A DNA stretch of 64,000 nt from contig JACOWJ010000029.1 of assembly GCA_016176845.1 (NCBI GenBank), positions 3,397-67,396 on the forward strand, given 5' to 3'. Origin of the DNA: Nitrospinota bacterium. GTDB lineage: Bacteria > 2-12-FULL-45-22 > JACOWJ01. The notes under the pieces are model-generated. The model ran no database searches and was not told where the DNA came from. It saw nothing but the letters and a program-made list of their open reading frames with translations. A program made the position numbers and the translations under genes. This document shows, piece after piece, positions 8,607-18,380 of this stretch. Positions within the stretch are counted from its first letter, which is position 1. Each line of letters opens with the position of its first letter.

Positions 8607-11030
8607 ATGGAAGAATACTCGGTGATCGGCCAGAGGATTCCCCGCGTGGACGGCCCCATCAAGGCGAGCGGAGAGGCGAAGTACGCCGCGGACCTCTCGC
8701 TGCCGGGCATGCTCCACGGGGCGATCTTGCGCACTCCCCTACCCCATGCCAGGATCTTGCAGATCGATGCCAGCCGGGCCGAGCGGCTGCCCGGGGTCCG
8801 GGCGGTGGTAGTCGGCCCGGACCTGGGAAATTTTAAGTACGGCTTTCTCCCCACCACGCGGGATGAGTCTCCCCTGGCGCTCGACAAGGTCCGCTTCATC
8901 GGGGAGGAGGTGGCCGCCGTGGCCGCCATCGACGAGGATACGGCCCAGGAGGCCCTCGAGCGGATCCGGGTGGATTACGAGGAGCTGCCGGCGGTCTTCG
9001 ATCCCCTCGAGGCAATGGCGGAAGGGGCCCCCCGCATCCACGACCACGCCGAGCGGAACGTCAGCGCCCGGGCCTCGATGAACTTCGGCGATGTAGAAAA
9101 GGGCTTTCGGGAGTCGGACCACATCCGAGAGGATCGCTTTGTCACCCAGCCCGTCCTGCACGGCTTCCTGGAGCCCCACGCCGTCCTTGCGAGCTACGAT
9201 AGCTCTGGGAAGCTGACGATCTGGGCCTCCAAGCAGAGCCCCTACTTCCTCTATCGCAACCTCTCTACCGCCCTGGGCCTGCCCTTGAGCCGGGTGCGGG
9301 TGATCCAGCCGTGCATCGGCGGGGGCTTCGGAGGCAAGAACGAGTCCTTCGCCCTCGACTTCGCCGCCGCCCTGCTCTCGAAGAAGACGGGCCGGCCGGT
9401 GAAGATCGTTTACTCCCAGGAAGAGGTTTTGACCGCCGGCCGCCGCCGCCACGCGATGATTCTGGAGCTCAAGACGGGCGTGAAGCGCGACGGCACGCTG
9501 GTGGCCAGTTCTTGTCGCAACATCGCCGACGGGGGGGCTTACACCAGCGTGGGGCCGCTCACCATCTACCTGTGCGGCGTCTTCCTGACGCTCCCCTACC
9601 GGCTTCCCCATGTCAAGTACGAGGCCTTTCGCGTTTACACCAACAAGCCGGTATGCGTGGCCCAGCGAGGAAACGGGATCCCGCAGATGCGCTTCGCCGC
9701 CGACTGCCAGCTGGACATGATCGCGCAGGACCTGGGCATCGATCCCGTGGAGATCCGCCTGAAGAACGCCATCCGCTCCGGGGACCGCACGGCGAACGAC
9801 CTGGCCATCACCAGCTGCGGCCTGAGCAAGTGCATCGAAAAGGTGGCCGAGGCAGCGGGCTGGGAGGAGAAGCGCCGGCAGCCCCGGGGGACGGGCAAGC
9901 TCCTGCGGGGGATCGGCTTGGCCTGCAATTCCCTGGTCTCGGGGGCCCGGTTGCGGGGCCACAACAGCTCCGGGGCGATGGTCAAGATCCATGAGGACGG
10001 CGGGGTAAGCCTGCTGACCGGGGCGACCGACTCGGGCCAGGGAGCCGAGACCGTCCTGGCCCAGATCGCCGCCGAGGAGCTGGGGGTCGGGGTGGAGGAC
10101 ATCCAGGTCTCCCGGGTGGACAGTGAGCTTACGCCGGTCGATCCCGGCAGCTACGGCAGCCGGGTGACCTCCATAGCCGGCAACGCCGTCAAGGCCGCCG
10201 CCGGCGATGCCCGCCGCCAGCTGGCCGAGGCGGCCGCCGAGCGGCTCGACGCCCTGCCCGAGCAGATCGAATTCCGCAATCGCCGGGTCTACGTGAAGGA
10301 AAGCCCCAGGCCCTTCGACCTCGCTCAGGACAGGCTCATCTCCCCGCCCGCTGCTGAAGCGGAGCCGAAGAGCATTCCCATGGGGGAATTGAAAGAAAGA
10401 AGGGAAGCCCAGACCGGGGGTAAGCTTCAAGCAACGGAGCGGGGGATGAGCTTTAAGCAGCTGGCGCAGCTGGCCTGTTACGCCGGCAGCGGCAAGACGA
10501 TCCTGGGGCGAGGCTCCTACGCCCACGATATCGAAGTGCCCAACTGGGAGACGGGCGAAGGGAACCTCTCGGCCGCTTACAGCTTCGGCGCCCAGGCGGC
10601 CGAGGTGGAGGTGGACACCGAGACGGGACAGGTCCGGGTGGTCAGCACCGCCGTAGCCCACGACTGCGGCCGGGCGATCAACCCCATGGCGGTGGAGGGG
10701 CAGTTCGAGGGCTCGATCTCCGCGGGGCTGGGCCAGGCCTTGCTCGAGGAGTTTACCCTCGAAGAGGGGAGCACCCTCAACCCCAGCCTCATGGGCTACC
10801 ATCTCCCCAGCGCCCCAGATATGCCCCCGGTGAAGACCGTCCTGGTGGAGACCCACGACCCCGTCGGTCCTTACGGAGCCAAGGAGGCGGGCGAGGGGAC
10901 GCAGATCTCCACGGTCCCCGCCATCGTCAACGCCATCAACCACGCCCTCGGGGTCTGGATCAAGGAGCTTCCCATCACGCCGGAAAAGATCCTGAAGGCC
11001 TTGGAGGAAAGAGGGGGACAACGAACATGA
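8607..11030 (+). CDS. Xanthine dehydrogenase family molybdopterin-binding subunit (4-hydroxybenzoyl-CoA reductase alpha-like)
   Basis: VIGQRIPRVDG, GGGFGGK, DSGQG, AHDCGRAINP..VEGQ and GAKEAGE. Confidence 0.93.
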   Translation: MEEYSVIGQRIPRVDGPIKASGEAKYAADLSLPGMLHGAILRTPLPHARILQIDASRAERLPGVRAVVVGPDLGNFKYGFLPTTRDESPLALDKVRFIGEEVAAVAAIDEDTAQEALERIRVDYEELPAVFDPLEAMAEGAPRIHDHAERNVSARASMNFGDVEKGFRESDHIREDRFVTQPVLHGFLEPHAVLASYDSSGKLTIWASKQSPYFLYRNLSTALGLPLSRVRVIQPCIGGGFGGKNESFALDFAAALLSKKTGRPVKIVYSQEEVLTAGRRRHAMILELKTGVKRDGTLVASSCRNIADGGAYTSVGPLTIYLCGVFLTLPYRLPHVKYEAFRVYTNKPVCVAQRGNGIPQMRFAADCQLDMIAQDLGIDPVEIRLKNAIRSGDRTANDLAITSCGLSKCIEKVAEAAGWEEKRRQPRGTGKLLRGIGLACNSLVSGARLRGHNSSGAMVKIHEDGGVSLLTGATDSGQGAETVLAQIAAEELGVGVEDIQVSRVDSELTPVDPGSYGSRVTSIAGNAVKAAAGDARRQLAEAAAERLDALPEQIEFRNRRVYVKESPRPFDLAQDRLISPPAAEAEPKSIPMGELKERREAQTGGKLQATERGMSFKQLAQLACYAGSGKTILGRGSYAHDIEVPNWETGEGNLSAAYSFGAQAAEVEVDTETGQVRVVSTAVAHDCGRAINPMAVEGQFEGSISAGLGQALLEEFTLEEGSTLNPSLMGYHLPSAPDMPPVKTVLVETHDPVGPYGAKEAGEGTQISTVPAIVNAINHALGVWIKELPITPEKILKALEERGGQRT

Positions 11031-12148
11031 TGAGCGCCGAGGAGAGAATTCAAGCCGCCATCCACCTGGAGGAGTCCGACCAGGTCCCCACCTACTTCAT
11101 GTGCTCGCTCTTCGCGGCCCGCTACGCCGGGATCCCCACGGAGCAGTTCCTGGAGGAGAAGGAGGCCTACCACCGGGCCATGGACCGGCTCTACGAGGAC
11201 CTTGGGGGGTGGGACGCCATCTGGGCGACGGGGGGGCTCGACTATGCCAACACGGCCTTCATGTTCGGCATGAAGATGCGTTTCCCGGGCCGGGACCTTC
11301 CTTCCGACACCACCTTTCAGTTGCTGGAGGAGCCCGTCCTCCGGTCGGAGGATTACGACGTCATCCTGGAGAAGGGCTGGCCGGCCTTCAGCGGCGAGGT
11401 CATGGCTCGCATCCGGCCCGACCTCTTCGGGGGCGCGGAGGGCCGCCAGCGGATGAAGGAGGCCCGGGTCCGCTGGAGCGCCGAGATGGCCCGGGACATC
11501 GCTAAATGGAAAGAGCGGGGCGTGGTTCCTCTCCTGGGGGGATTTACCGGCCATCCCCTCTCCACCCTCTCGCTGATGCGGACGCTGGAGGAGTTCACCG
11601 CAGATCTCTATCGCTGCCCGGACAAGGTCCTGGCAGTGATGCAGAACATCGCCCAGCGGGCCATCGAGTCTTCCATCGCCCAGGTCCGGGCCTCGGGCAT
11701 CCGGCGGGTCTTCCTGGCCGATAACCGCAGCTGTGCCGGGCTGCTCTCGCTCAAATTCTTCGAACGCTTCGCCCTGCCCATCCTGGTGCAGATGGTGGAG
11801 GCCCTGGCAACCGAGGGGATCACCACCGTGCTCCACTTCGATCAGAACTGGACGCGCAACCTCCCCTACTTGCGCCAGCTTCCCTCCAAAAGCTGCATCC
11901 TGCAGCTGGATGGCGCGACCGACATCCTCCGGGCCAAGGAGGTGTTGGGCGACCACCTGTGCCTCCAGGGCGATGTCCCGGCCTCGCTGCTGGCCCTGGG
12001 CACGCCCCGGGAGGTGGAGAGCTATGTCCGGCGGCTGATCGAGACAGTGGGACGGGGCGGCGGCTTCATCCTCTCCAGCGGCTGCGAGGTTCCCATTAAC
12101 GCCCGGCCCGAAAACGTCCGCGCGATGCTGGAGGCGGCTAGAAGATGA
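11027..12148 (+). CDS. Uroporphyrinogen decarboxylase / MtaA-CmuA methyltransferase family protein
   Basis: EERIQAAIHLEESDQVP, LHFD, GDVP, GGGFILSSGCEVP...PENV; ATGA overlap with the upstream gene. Confidence 0.88.
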   Translation: MMSAEERIQAAIHLEESDQVPTYFMCSLFAARYAGIPTEQFLEEKEAYHRAMDRLYEDLGGWDAIWATGGLDYANTAFMFGMKMRFPGRDLPSDTTFQLLEEPVLRSEDYDVILEKGWPAFSGEVMARIRPDLFGGAEGRQRMKEARVRWSAEMARDIAKWKERGVVPLLGGFTGHPLSTLSLMRTLEEFTADLYRCPDKVLAVMQNIAQRAIESSIAQVRASGIRRVFLADNRSCAGLLSLKFFERFALPILVQMVEALATEGITTVLHFDQNWTRNLPYLRQLPSKSCILQLDGATDILRAKEVLGDHLCLQGDVPASLLALGTPREVESYVRRLIETVGRGGGFILSSGCEVPINARPENVRAMLEAARR

Positions 12149-12208
12149 TGGAGAGGACCCAATCGCTTGAACTTTTCGGACCGGCTCCAAAAAGAGCAGG
12201 AGGTTTCA

Positions 12209-12997
12209 ATGGCATCTCCCTTTCCGGGCATGAACCCCTATCTCGAAGAGAGTAATATCTGGCCGGGCTTCCATCATCGTTTAGCCGATGAACTGGCAGG
12301 CCAATTGAATGCCCGCATCGGCCCCAAATACTATGCCGATGTGGAAGTGCGCACCGTCTTTGAAGAGGTGGCCATTGCCGTGCCCCGCACCATCTACCCG
12401 GATGTCGGCATCTATGAACCGTCAAATCTTGAACCCGTGCCGGGACCGGTGGCAATGGCTGTGGCCATCTCGCCCGCGCCGGTGCAGCGGCTGACAACCG
12501 TCGGCCAGACCAGACTGCACGCCGTGCGCGTCTACCTGACCGAAACCGACGAGTTGGTAACCTCCATCGAGATCCTCTCCCCTTCCAACAAGCGAGTGGG
12601 CGAGGGGCTGGAAGCCTATCGCCGTAAGCGGGCGCAACTCCTGCTCTCGCCTGTGCATCTGGTCGAGATTGACCTGCTGCGTGGTGGAGAGCGGCCGGGC
12701 CGGGAAGTGGTCGCTCCCCCTCTGGAGGCCGATTACATCCTGCTGGTCAATCGCTGCCGCGCCGGGGACGAACCGCGCATCTCGGAGATCTGGCCGGTAG
12801 CGCTCAATGAGCCCCTGCCGGTGCTGCCCGTACCCTTGCTCCCTCCGGACCCCGATGTGGCGTTGGAGCTGAGTGCGGCGCTCCAGGCCGTCTATGTCCG
12901 GGCGGGCTACGCCTGGCGCATCCACTATCAACCTCCTGTGCCTCCCCCTGAGCTGCGACCCGAAATGGCCGCCTGGCTCAAACAGCTCCTGGGGTGA
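12209..12997 (+). CDS. DUF4058 family protein (restriction-endonuclease-like fold)
   Basis: MASPFPGMNPYLE, IEILSPSNK and HLVEIDLLRGG. Confidence 0.88.
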   Translation: MASPFPGMNPYLEESNIWPGFHHRLADELAGQLNARIGPKYYADVEVRTVFEEVAIAVPRTIYPDVGIYEPSNLEPVPGPVAMAVAISPAPVQRLTTVGQTRLHAVRVYLTETDELVTSIEILSPSNKRVGEGLEAYRRKRAQLLLSPVHLVEIDLLRGGERPGREVVAPPLEADYILLVNRCRAGDEPRISEIWPVALNEPLPVLPVPLLPPDPDVALELSAALQAVYVRAGYAWRIHYQPPVPPPELRPEMAAWLKQLLG

Positions 12998-13106
12998 AAG
13001 AGCCGATGGTTGGTTGTTGGGCTGCAAAGCCTGACCTTACTGCGATTGATCCCGAAACCCAAACCATGGCGCCGTTGTTCAATCCGGGTGTGCAGGAATT
13101 GGCTTC

Positions 13107-13463
13107 ATGATTGAATTATTGAAAGAACGGTTCACTCGAGACAGGCAAGCGGTCTACGACCGGTGTGAGCGTATTTTACATCGGTTATTGGAGCATAAAG
13201 AGGTCTTTGAAAGATATCCTGACCTGCGAAGGGTTATTCTATTTGGGTCTTTTGCCCTGCGTAGGGCAAGAGAAGATTCGGATGTTGACGTTTACGTAGA
13301 AGGTCTGGGAGCCAGAGAGTATTGGGAATTATGGGCCGGTTTGGAAGATCTATTAGGTTCTTCTGTCGATCTTCACGACGAAAAGGATGGCCTTGACATT
13401 GAATGGATTGAAAGAGAAGGCATTTTAATTTATGAAAGAGGCATTTGCAATTCTAAAAGCTGA
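13107..13463 (+). CDS. Minimal nucleotidyltransferase (MntA-type antitoxin)
   Basis: LFGSF...DSDVD (GSx10DxD) motif. Confidence 0.88.
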   Translation: MIELLKERFTRDRQAVYDRCERILHRLLEHKEVFERYPDLRRVILFGSFALRRAREDSDVDVYVEGLGAREYWELWAGLEDLLGSSVDLHDEKDGLDIEWIEREGILIYERGICNSKS

Positions 13464-13914
13464 GATAAAAGAGGAGATTTCTCAACTTGATAAAGTGAAA
13501 ACCGAATACGAGGCTTTGTGGCAAAGGGTTAACCTGGAAAACCCAACCAGGGATGAAGTGATTTTAATTGGGTTTCATCTTCACAATTTCTATAATGGGA
13601 GTGAGAACATATTCAGGTTAATTGTCAGGTTTTTTGAAAATGATTTACCTCCTTTAACATGGCATGATGAACTTTTGAAAAGAATGATGTTGGAGATAGA
13701 AGGTATCAGGCTCCAAGTCATTGACCGTCCGCTCTTTAAGAAGCTTGATGAATTCCGAAAGTTTCGTCATGTGTTCCGTAGCGTCTATTCTTTTGAGCTT
13801 GACTGGGAAAAGATGAAGCTTGTTGCCAGGGTGTTTGATGAAACTTATAAGGACTTCGTTGAGGCTGTAACCAGGTTCCTGGAGAAGATGGAGAAGGCTA
13901 TTGCAGGAGGGTAA
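13432..13914 (+). CDS. HEPN RNase toxin (HepT-like)
   Basis: LHNFYNG.ENIF, WHDELL and FRHVFRSVY; overlaps the MNT gene. Confidence 0.88.
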   Translation: MKEAFAILKAEIKEEISQLDKVKTEYEALWQRVNLENPTRDEVILIGFHLHNFYNGSENIFRLIVRFFENDLPPLTWHDELLKRMMLEIEGIRLQVIDRPLFKKLDEFRKFRHVFRSVYSFELDWEKMKLVARVFDETYKDFVEAVTRFLEKMEKAIAGG

Positions 13915-13965
13915 GTACTTGCTCAGTGCGAAGAGTTGAAGGATGCTGCCCGGTTCCTGTAGCTC

Positions 13966-14091
13966 TTACTGCCTGAGCAGGCCCAGGATCTCCAGCGCCC
14001 GCCTCACAGCTGCCGTGCGGGTTTGGACACCCAGCTTCCGGTAGATTTGTTCCAGATGATACTGCACCGTGCGGGGGCTGATGCCCAGGAT
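13966..14091 (-). pseudogene. LuxR-type HTH C-terminal fragment
   Basis: ILGISPRTVQYHLEQIYRKLGVQTRTAAV; no N-terminal part. Confidence 0.75.
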
Positions 14092-14188
14092 CATCAGCCG
14101 CTCATATGGTCGAACGTGTCATGGCGAAAGACTTTGCGCAGAATGGACTGCCGCTCTCGCGCGGACATGAATCGGAGGTCTCCTCCTG

Positions 14189-14706
14189 TCAGAATTCATC
14201 TTCCTCCTCCTCTGGCCGTATCTCTTGAGCCACGAGCTCCTGCCACACAGTCAGCACCGCTGGGTCAGCTCCGGTTGCTTGTAGACAGTCCACGACCGGA
14301 CCCGGATCGCATTTGAGGTCGGAAAATCTCAACAACAGCACCGCCAGATCTCGCCAATCAGTGCCCGACTTCGGCTGGCCGCGCGCTGATGGTACGCTAT
14401 CACCTTGTAGGCAATCAATTCTGCTGGGGCCATCACCAGCACGTCCCCTATTCGTTGTGCTAAGGGCAACCTCTCGACGGGCTTCACATCGACCAGGTGA
14501 CGGTTGCCAGACTTCCGAACCTGGAACAACCGATATCCCTGTCCTTGGCTAACTTGTCGCACGCGCACTGCTATGTGGAACCGTTGACCCAGATAGTCTC
14601 ACAACTCCTGCGCGAGATCTTTGGCACGGGGCGAAAGGAGATCTATATCCTGGGTCATCCGTGGTTGACCCACGTAAGCATTGACGGCCTGAGCGCCAAA
14701 CACCAC
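14189..14706 (-). pseudogene. Nucleotidyltransferase (AbiEii-like) pseudogene
   Basis: VVFGAQAVNAY..PRMTQDIDLL; in-frame TGA at 14599, a later frameshift, then DWRDLAVLL; 5' end missing. Confidence 0.7.
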
Positions 14707-15294
14707 AGTAGGCCCTGAGGGCCCTAAAATGCTCTTTTGATTTCTGGACACATTGATATAGCGCCTCTTCGTCCTTCGCTGCATAATGGATATAACGACC
14801 AAGAACACCCCGCAGGGAGGGCAAAGGGATGAGCCTCTTGAAAGCAAGCGTTTCGGTAGCGCTGGTGGTGAGGGTAGGTTTGGGTCTGACCCTGGCCTGG
14901 ATATTGAGTGAGCTCACGAGAGGTCCCGCCGGAGGTGGAGCGAGGCTGCGTCCGAGGAAAGAAGAAGATGCCCAGCAGCCAGGCCCAGGAGAACCTACTG
15001 TGGCTGTTGAACCGGCTCAACCGATCGAGACTCCCCAGCTGGCCGTGGCGACCAACGATCTCTGCAACGCTGGCAGCCTGGACTGTCGGCGCAGCGAAGG
15101 CTGGGCTCGACGGCGCCAGGAGGATGTCAAGGCGATCCTGGGCAAGGAGACCGACCGAACGCTGGAAGCCTTGATCCGCTGGGGCCACACGGGAGTAGTT
15201 CCCGACCGAGAAATGCGCTGGGTGGTCGACCTGCGTAAGATGATGCTGGTCAACCAGCTGCGAGACTTAGAAGCACCTGCCTGGCGGTCCTGGC

Positions 15295-15837
15295 TCAGGG
15301 GCGCTCGAACTCGAAGGAGACCTCTGTGGGCTTCCTCTCCTTCCCCCCCGTCAGCTTCCGCTCCAGTTCCCGCATCTCCGGGGTAGGCTCCAGGGAGAGG
15401 GTGAGCCGGTACTTGCCCTTCAGGGCTGGAGGGAGGTCCCCCTGGTAGTGCAGGCCCTCCCGCTCGATAACCGGCTTGAGGGAGAGTTTCAAGGGCTCAC
15501 CCGGGCCCTCCAGCGTGACGTTGACCTTCAGGTAAGCGAAGGCCCGCCCCTCCACTTCCCGGACCAGGACGTTGAGTCGCTGGCCGGACGGAGAGGGCGA
15601 CTCCAGGAAGGCCTCCACTTCCACCGCACCGGTCTTGGCTTTCCCGATCTCCTGTCGCTGGACCTCTCCCTCGGCGGCCTCTCCCTCGTTCCAGGTAAAG
15701 GGTAGAAACAGCAGTACCCCGACCAGTAAAACAGATCCGACCTGAACGCGAATACCCAATTTCAAGGTGGCTTCCTCCCGATATCTTGATCTCATAAGAT
15801 GACCCAATTCCAGCACCAGCGGGGTCACATGGACCAT
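15295..15837 (-). CDS. Secreted protein, weakly P19/Tp34 (iron transport)-like
   Basis: Hydrophobic signal segment; AFAYLKV...LKPVIEREGLHYQG...GKYRL. Start codon uncertain. Confidence 0.55.
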   Translation of the reverse strand: MVHVTPLVLELGHLMRSRYREEATLKLGIRVQVGSVLLVGVLLFLPFTWNEGEAAEGEVQRQEIGKAKTGAVEVEAFLESPSPSGQRLNVLVREVEGRAFAYLKVNVTLEGPGEPLKLSLKPVIEREGLHYQGDLPPALKGKYRLTLSLEPTPEMRELERKLTGGKERKPTEVSFEFERP

Positions 15838-16229
15838 TTTAACATATAATGCCTGTGATTCAAGTCGTAATATTCCACCCGTTGACTTGTCACCCGAGCG
15901 ACTTTACCCATACGAATGGCCTTTGTTTTGAATTCTTCCAAGCGGAACAAATGCCGTAACCGTCCAGGAATCTCGGATGCCCGGCAGTCAGGCAACGGAA
16001 AACAAAGAACACAATACCGTTCATCGGCTCGAATCCGCTCCCAAAAATCTGTCACATTGATGGTGATAAAAGTCGATTGGCGTGCTCGGCACAAGAGATC
16101 AGGGATTGCATCGTCTTTAATGACTGTCCCAGGCCGAAGTTCCGTGATATCTAAGACTCGCCCTCGATACCAGTGATCAATTCCTTCGATTACCCCGGTT
16201 CCTAGCAACTGCTCATCGACCACAATCAT
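15825..16229 (-). CDS. PIN-like (DUF5615/VapC45-like) toxin
   Basis: MIVVDEQL, DDAI and FITINVTDF; ATGA-coupled to the DUF433 gene. Confidence 0.7.
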   Translation of the reverse strand: MIVVDEQLLGTGVIEGIDHWYRGRVLDITELRPGTVIKDDAIPDLLCRARQSTFITINVTDFWERIRADERYCVLCFPLPDCRASEIPGRLRHLFRLEEFKTKAIRMGKVARVTSQRVEYYDLNHRHYMLKWSM

Positions 16230-16510
16230 GTGGTCGGCTCGGGAGTAAGTGCCTCACGCACCAAAGCATCAGCGGCTAAGCGCAATGCTTCTTCAAGGGC
16301 TTCTCTGGGGACACGCCCACGATATCCGGTCACAATCTCTTCTATTGTCTCCCCCGCGCCCAAACGTTCCAGCACTCCTGCTACCTCAATACGGGTATAC
16401 TTAAAGGTGGGGCGACCACCACACACACCAGGTGCGGAGACAATATATTCTCCAAGGGGATAATAGCTGTAAGGTTCATTCCCAACGATTTCTTTTTTGA
16501 GTCCTCTCAT
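16226..16510 (-). CDS. DUF433 family antitoxin
   Basis: IVSAPGVCGGRPTFKYTRIEV...GETIEEI. Confidence 0.9.
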   Translation of the reverse strand: MRGLKKEIVGNEPYSYYPLGEYIVSAPGVCGGRPTFKYTRIEVAGVLERLGAGETIEEIVTGYRGRVPREALEEALRLAADALVREALTPEPTT

Positions 16511-16898
16511 AAGATGGTCTCCTTGTTACCATTATGGATCTCTTGCGGATACGCTTAAAAACCAGGCGTGCCAGAATAAGTCTACCACAAGATCAACGGG
16601 CCCTCCATCGGCAATTTGGGCTCCAAGGAAAGGTGAGGCCTGAAGGGAACCAGGTCCATTCCCGAAAGGGAGAGGTGAGACCGGGGCAGGTTTTGGGGCC
16701 CGGTCTCATACGCATAATTGCCTGGTGGGACGTAAGCGCCCGGTCCCTCAAGCTCTTGGTCATATTTGCATTCGCATAGGCCTCACCTCCTCGGGTGCCC
16801 GTGGCTCTCGGTACAACCTTTGACTGTCTATTTGGCCCCCTTCTCCCTTGCCTTTTCGGTCAAGAGGAGCCTGTCGGCAGCTTTGAGGGCCCAGGCTC

Positions 16899-17948
16899 TT
16901 ACGGTCCGATCTCCAGGGCAAACGGCAGCTCCAGGCCTGGGGGTGGGCCTTCTGCGGGTGCGGAGCCTGGAGGGGAGAGCCGGAAGGACTTGGAGTCGAA
17001 GTCAAAGTTGAAGAAGTAGCCGATCGAGCTGTAGTGGGTACCTTCGATAAAATAGGACCCCAGGGGCTCGCTGCCGGTGAAGGTGTAGCGGAGGATCTCC
17101 CCCGAGAAGGATGTCCCTGGAGAGACGTGTACATTGGCCATATTGAGGATGTTCAGATAGGAGTCTTTCACTCCCGGCCCTGGCGGCGGGACGCGAACGT
17201 AAGCCTTGGCGTCGAAGTCTAGCGATAGCGGGCCATCGTGGTTGACGGTGGCCGAGAGCACCAGCGTCTCCCCAGGCCGGAAGCTGGTCTGGTTCAGGCT
17301 GAGCTGGATGGTGGGCATCTTAACCACCTCAAGGATTTGCACCTGAGCACTGGAACTGGAGAACCCCTGGTCTTTCATCAGGAGTGTGAGGGGGATGTCC
17401 TGGTGGCACTGCCAACCCATCTCGTAGAGCCAGCCGGAGTCCGGAGGGGCTTCCTTGAAGGAAGCAAATTTGAAGGCGCCCCACCGCAAAAGACGAGCGT
17501 TTGCGCCGAATAGAGCGAACTGATCGAATGCCGGATGCAGTCGGTCGTTCTCGTTGGTGAGGAAATTGAAGCAGAGACTCACCGCTACCTCATCGCCAGG
17601 GTTAATGGAGAAGGGCTGGCGCAGAAGGCTGATGTCGAAGACATAAAGGGATGACCCAGGAATTGCCCCCACGCCAGTAGTCAGCAGGGCAAAGTGGGCA
17701 CTGCCGTCGGGCGAGCCGATGGAGCCCACATTGTTCACCACCCGGACATCTCCTCCAGGGGTAAACCCGTCCAGGGTGCCCGTCTCGAAGTCGAAGTTGG
17801 GGTTGATGGGCGTGCCGTTGACCTTCAGCGCGAAGTTGTCGATCAGGACGGCCGAATCGGTCTCGTCCGCCCGGGCTGAGGGTTGAAGAAGAAAAAAGAG
17901 GATGGCCACTAATGTGACCGCCATCTTCCACCACTGCTTTGTCTTCAT
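16899..17948 (-). CDS. Secreted protein with C-terminal Ig-like LNQ..FR.G domain
   Basis: Sec signal ending in ARA; NFDFETGTLDGF; C-terminal LSLNQTSFRPGETL...EPLGSY. Confidence 0.8.
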   Translation of the reverse strand: MKTKQWWKMAVTLVAILFFLLQPSARADETDSAVLIDNFALKVNGTPINPNFDFETGTLDGFTPGGDVRVVNNVGSIGSPDGSAHFALLTTGVGAIPGSSLYVFDISLLRQPFSINPGDEVAVSLCFNFLTNENDRLHPAFDQFALFGANARLLRWGAFKFASFKEAPPDSGWLYEMGWQCHQDIPLTLLMKDQGFSSSSAQVQILEVVKMPTIQLSLNQTSFRPGETLVLSATVNHDGPLSLDFDAKAYVRVPPPGPGVKDSYLNILNMANVHVSPGTSFSGEILRYTFTGSEPLGSYFIEGTHYSSIGYFFNFDFDSKSFRLSPPGSAPAEGPPPGLELPFALEIGP

Positions 17949-17980
17949 TGCCTTTTCCTCCATAACCTTGATCGTGGATC

Positions 17981-18196
17981 GTGTAGGAATTTCCATTTTT
18001 TTCAGATTCCTCGGTCGCTATCGCTCCCTCGGAATGACAGCCGTACAACCTGTCATTCCGGGCGAAGCGAGGAATCTAAGTCCCAGAAACTGCCCAGGGG
18101 GAGGGTTCGCTTTCGGCAATGATCGTCGTTTCGGCCAACATTGTCATTTCGAGCGTAGCGAGAAATCTAAGATTTCTCCCTTCGGTCGAAATGACA
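17981..18196. repeat. Cluster of REP/RPE-like hairpins starting at an oriIS-like end
   Basis: GTGTAGGAATTTCCATTTT, then AGATTCCTCG...GGAATGACAG...CTGTCATTCC...CGAGGAATCT and TGTCATTTCGA...TCGAAATGACA. Confidence 0.7.
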
Positions 18197-18380
18197 ATCC
18201 AGGACTCAAGGGTAAACACAACGTAGGTGGCCGAAACGAAAATCATAGCCTCGCTTTCCCCATGGGTGCGAGACCAGAAACCGGTTTCCCGGCTCCGGTC
18301 TCGCGCGCATCGGGGCCCGACGGGGAGTAAACGCCGGGCTTCTCAGCCCCTAAAATGCCCGTGGGCGACCAGGGGCGTGG

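Noticed and set aside
8739-11021. Long antisense ORFs (e.g. 8739-11021, 6105-7709, 40749-41963, 46693-47718)
   Set aside because: They are shadows of high-GC coding genes on the opposite strand, with no motifs.
14724-15290. ORFs 14829-15386 and 14549-14917
   Set aside because: They look like mixed remnants, and no family or reliable start could be assigned.
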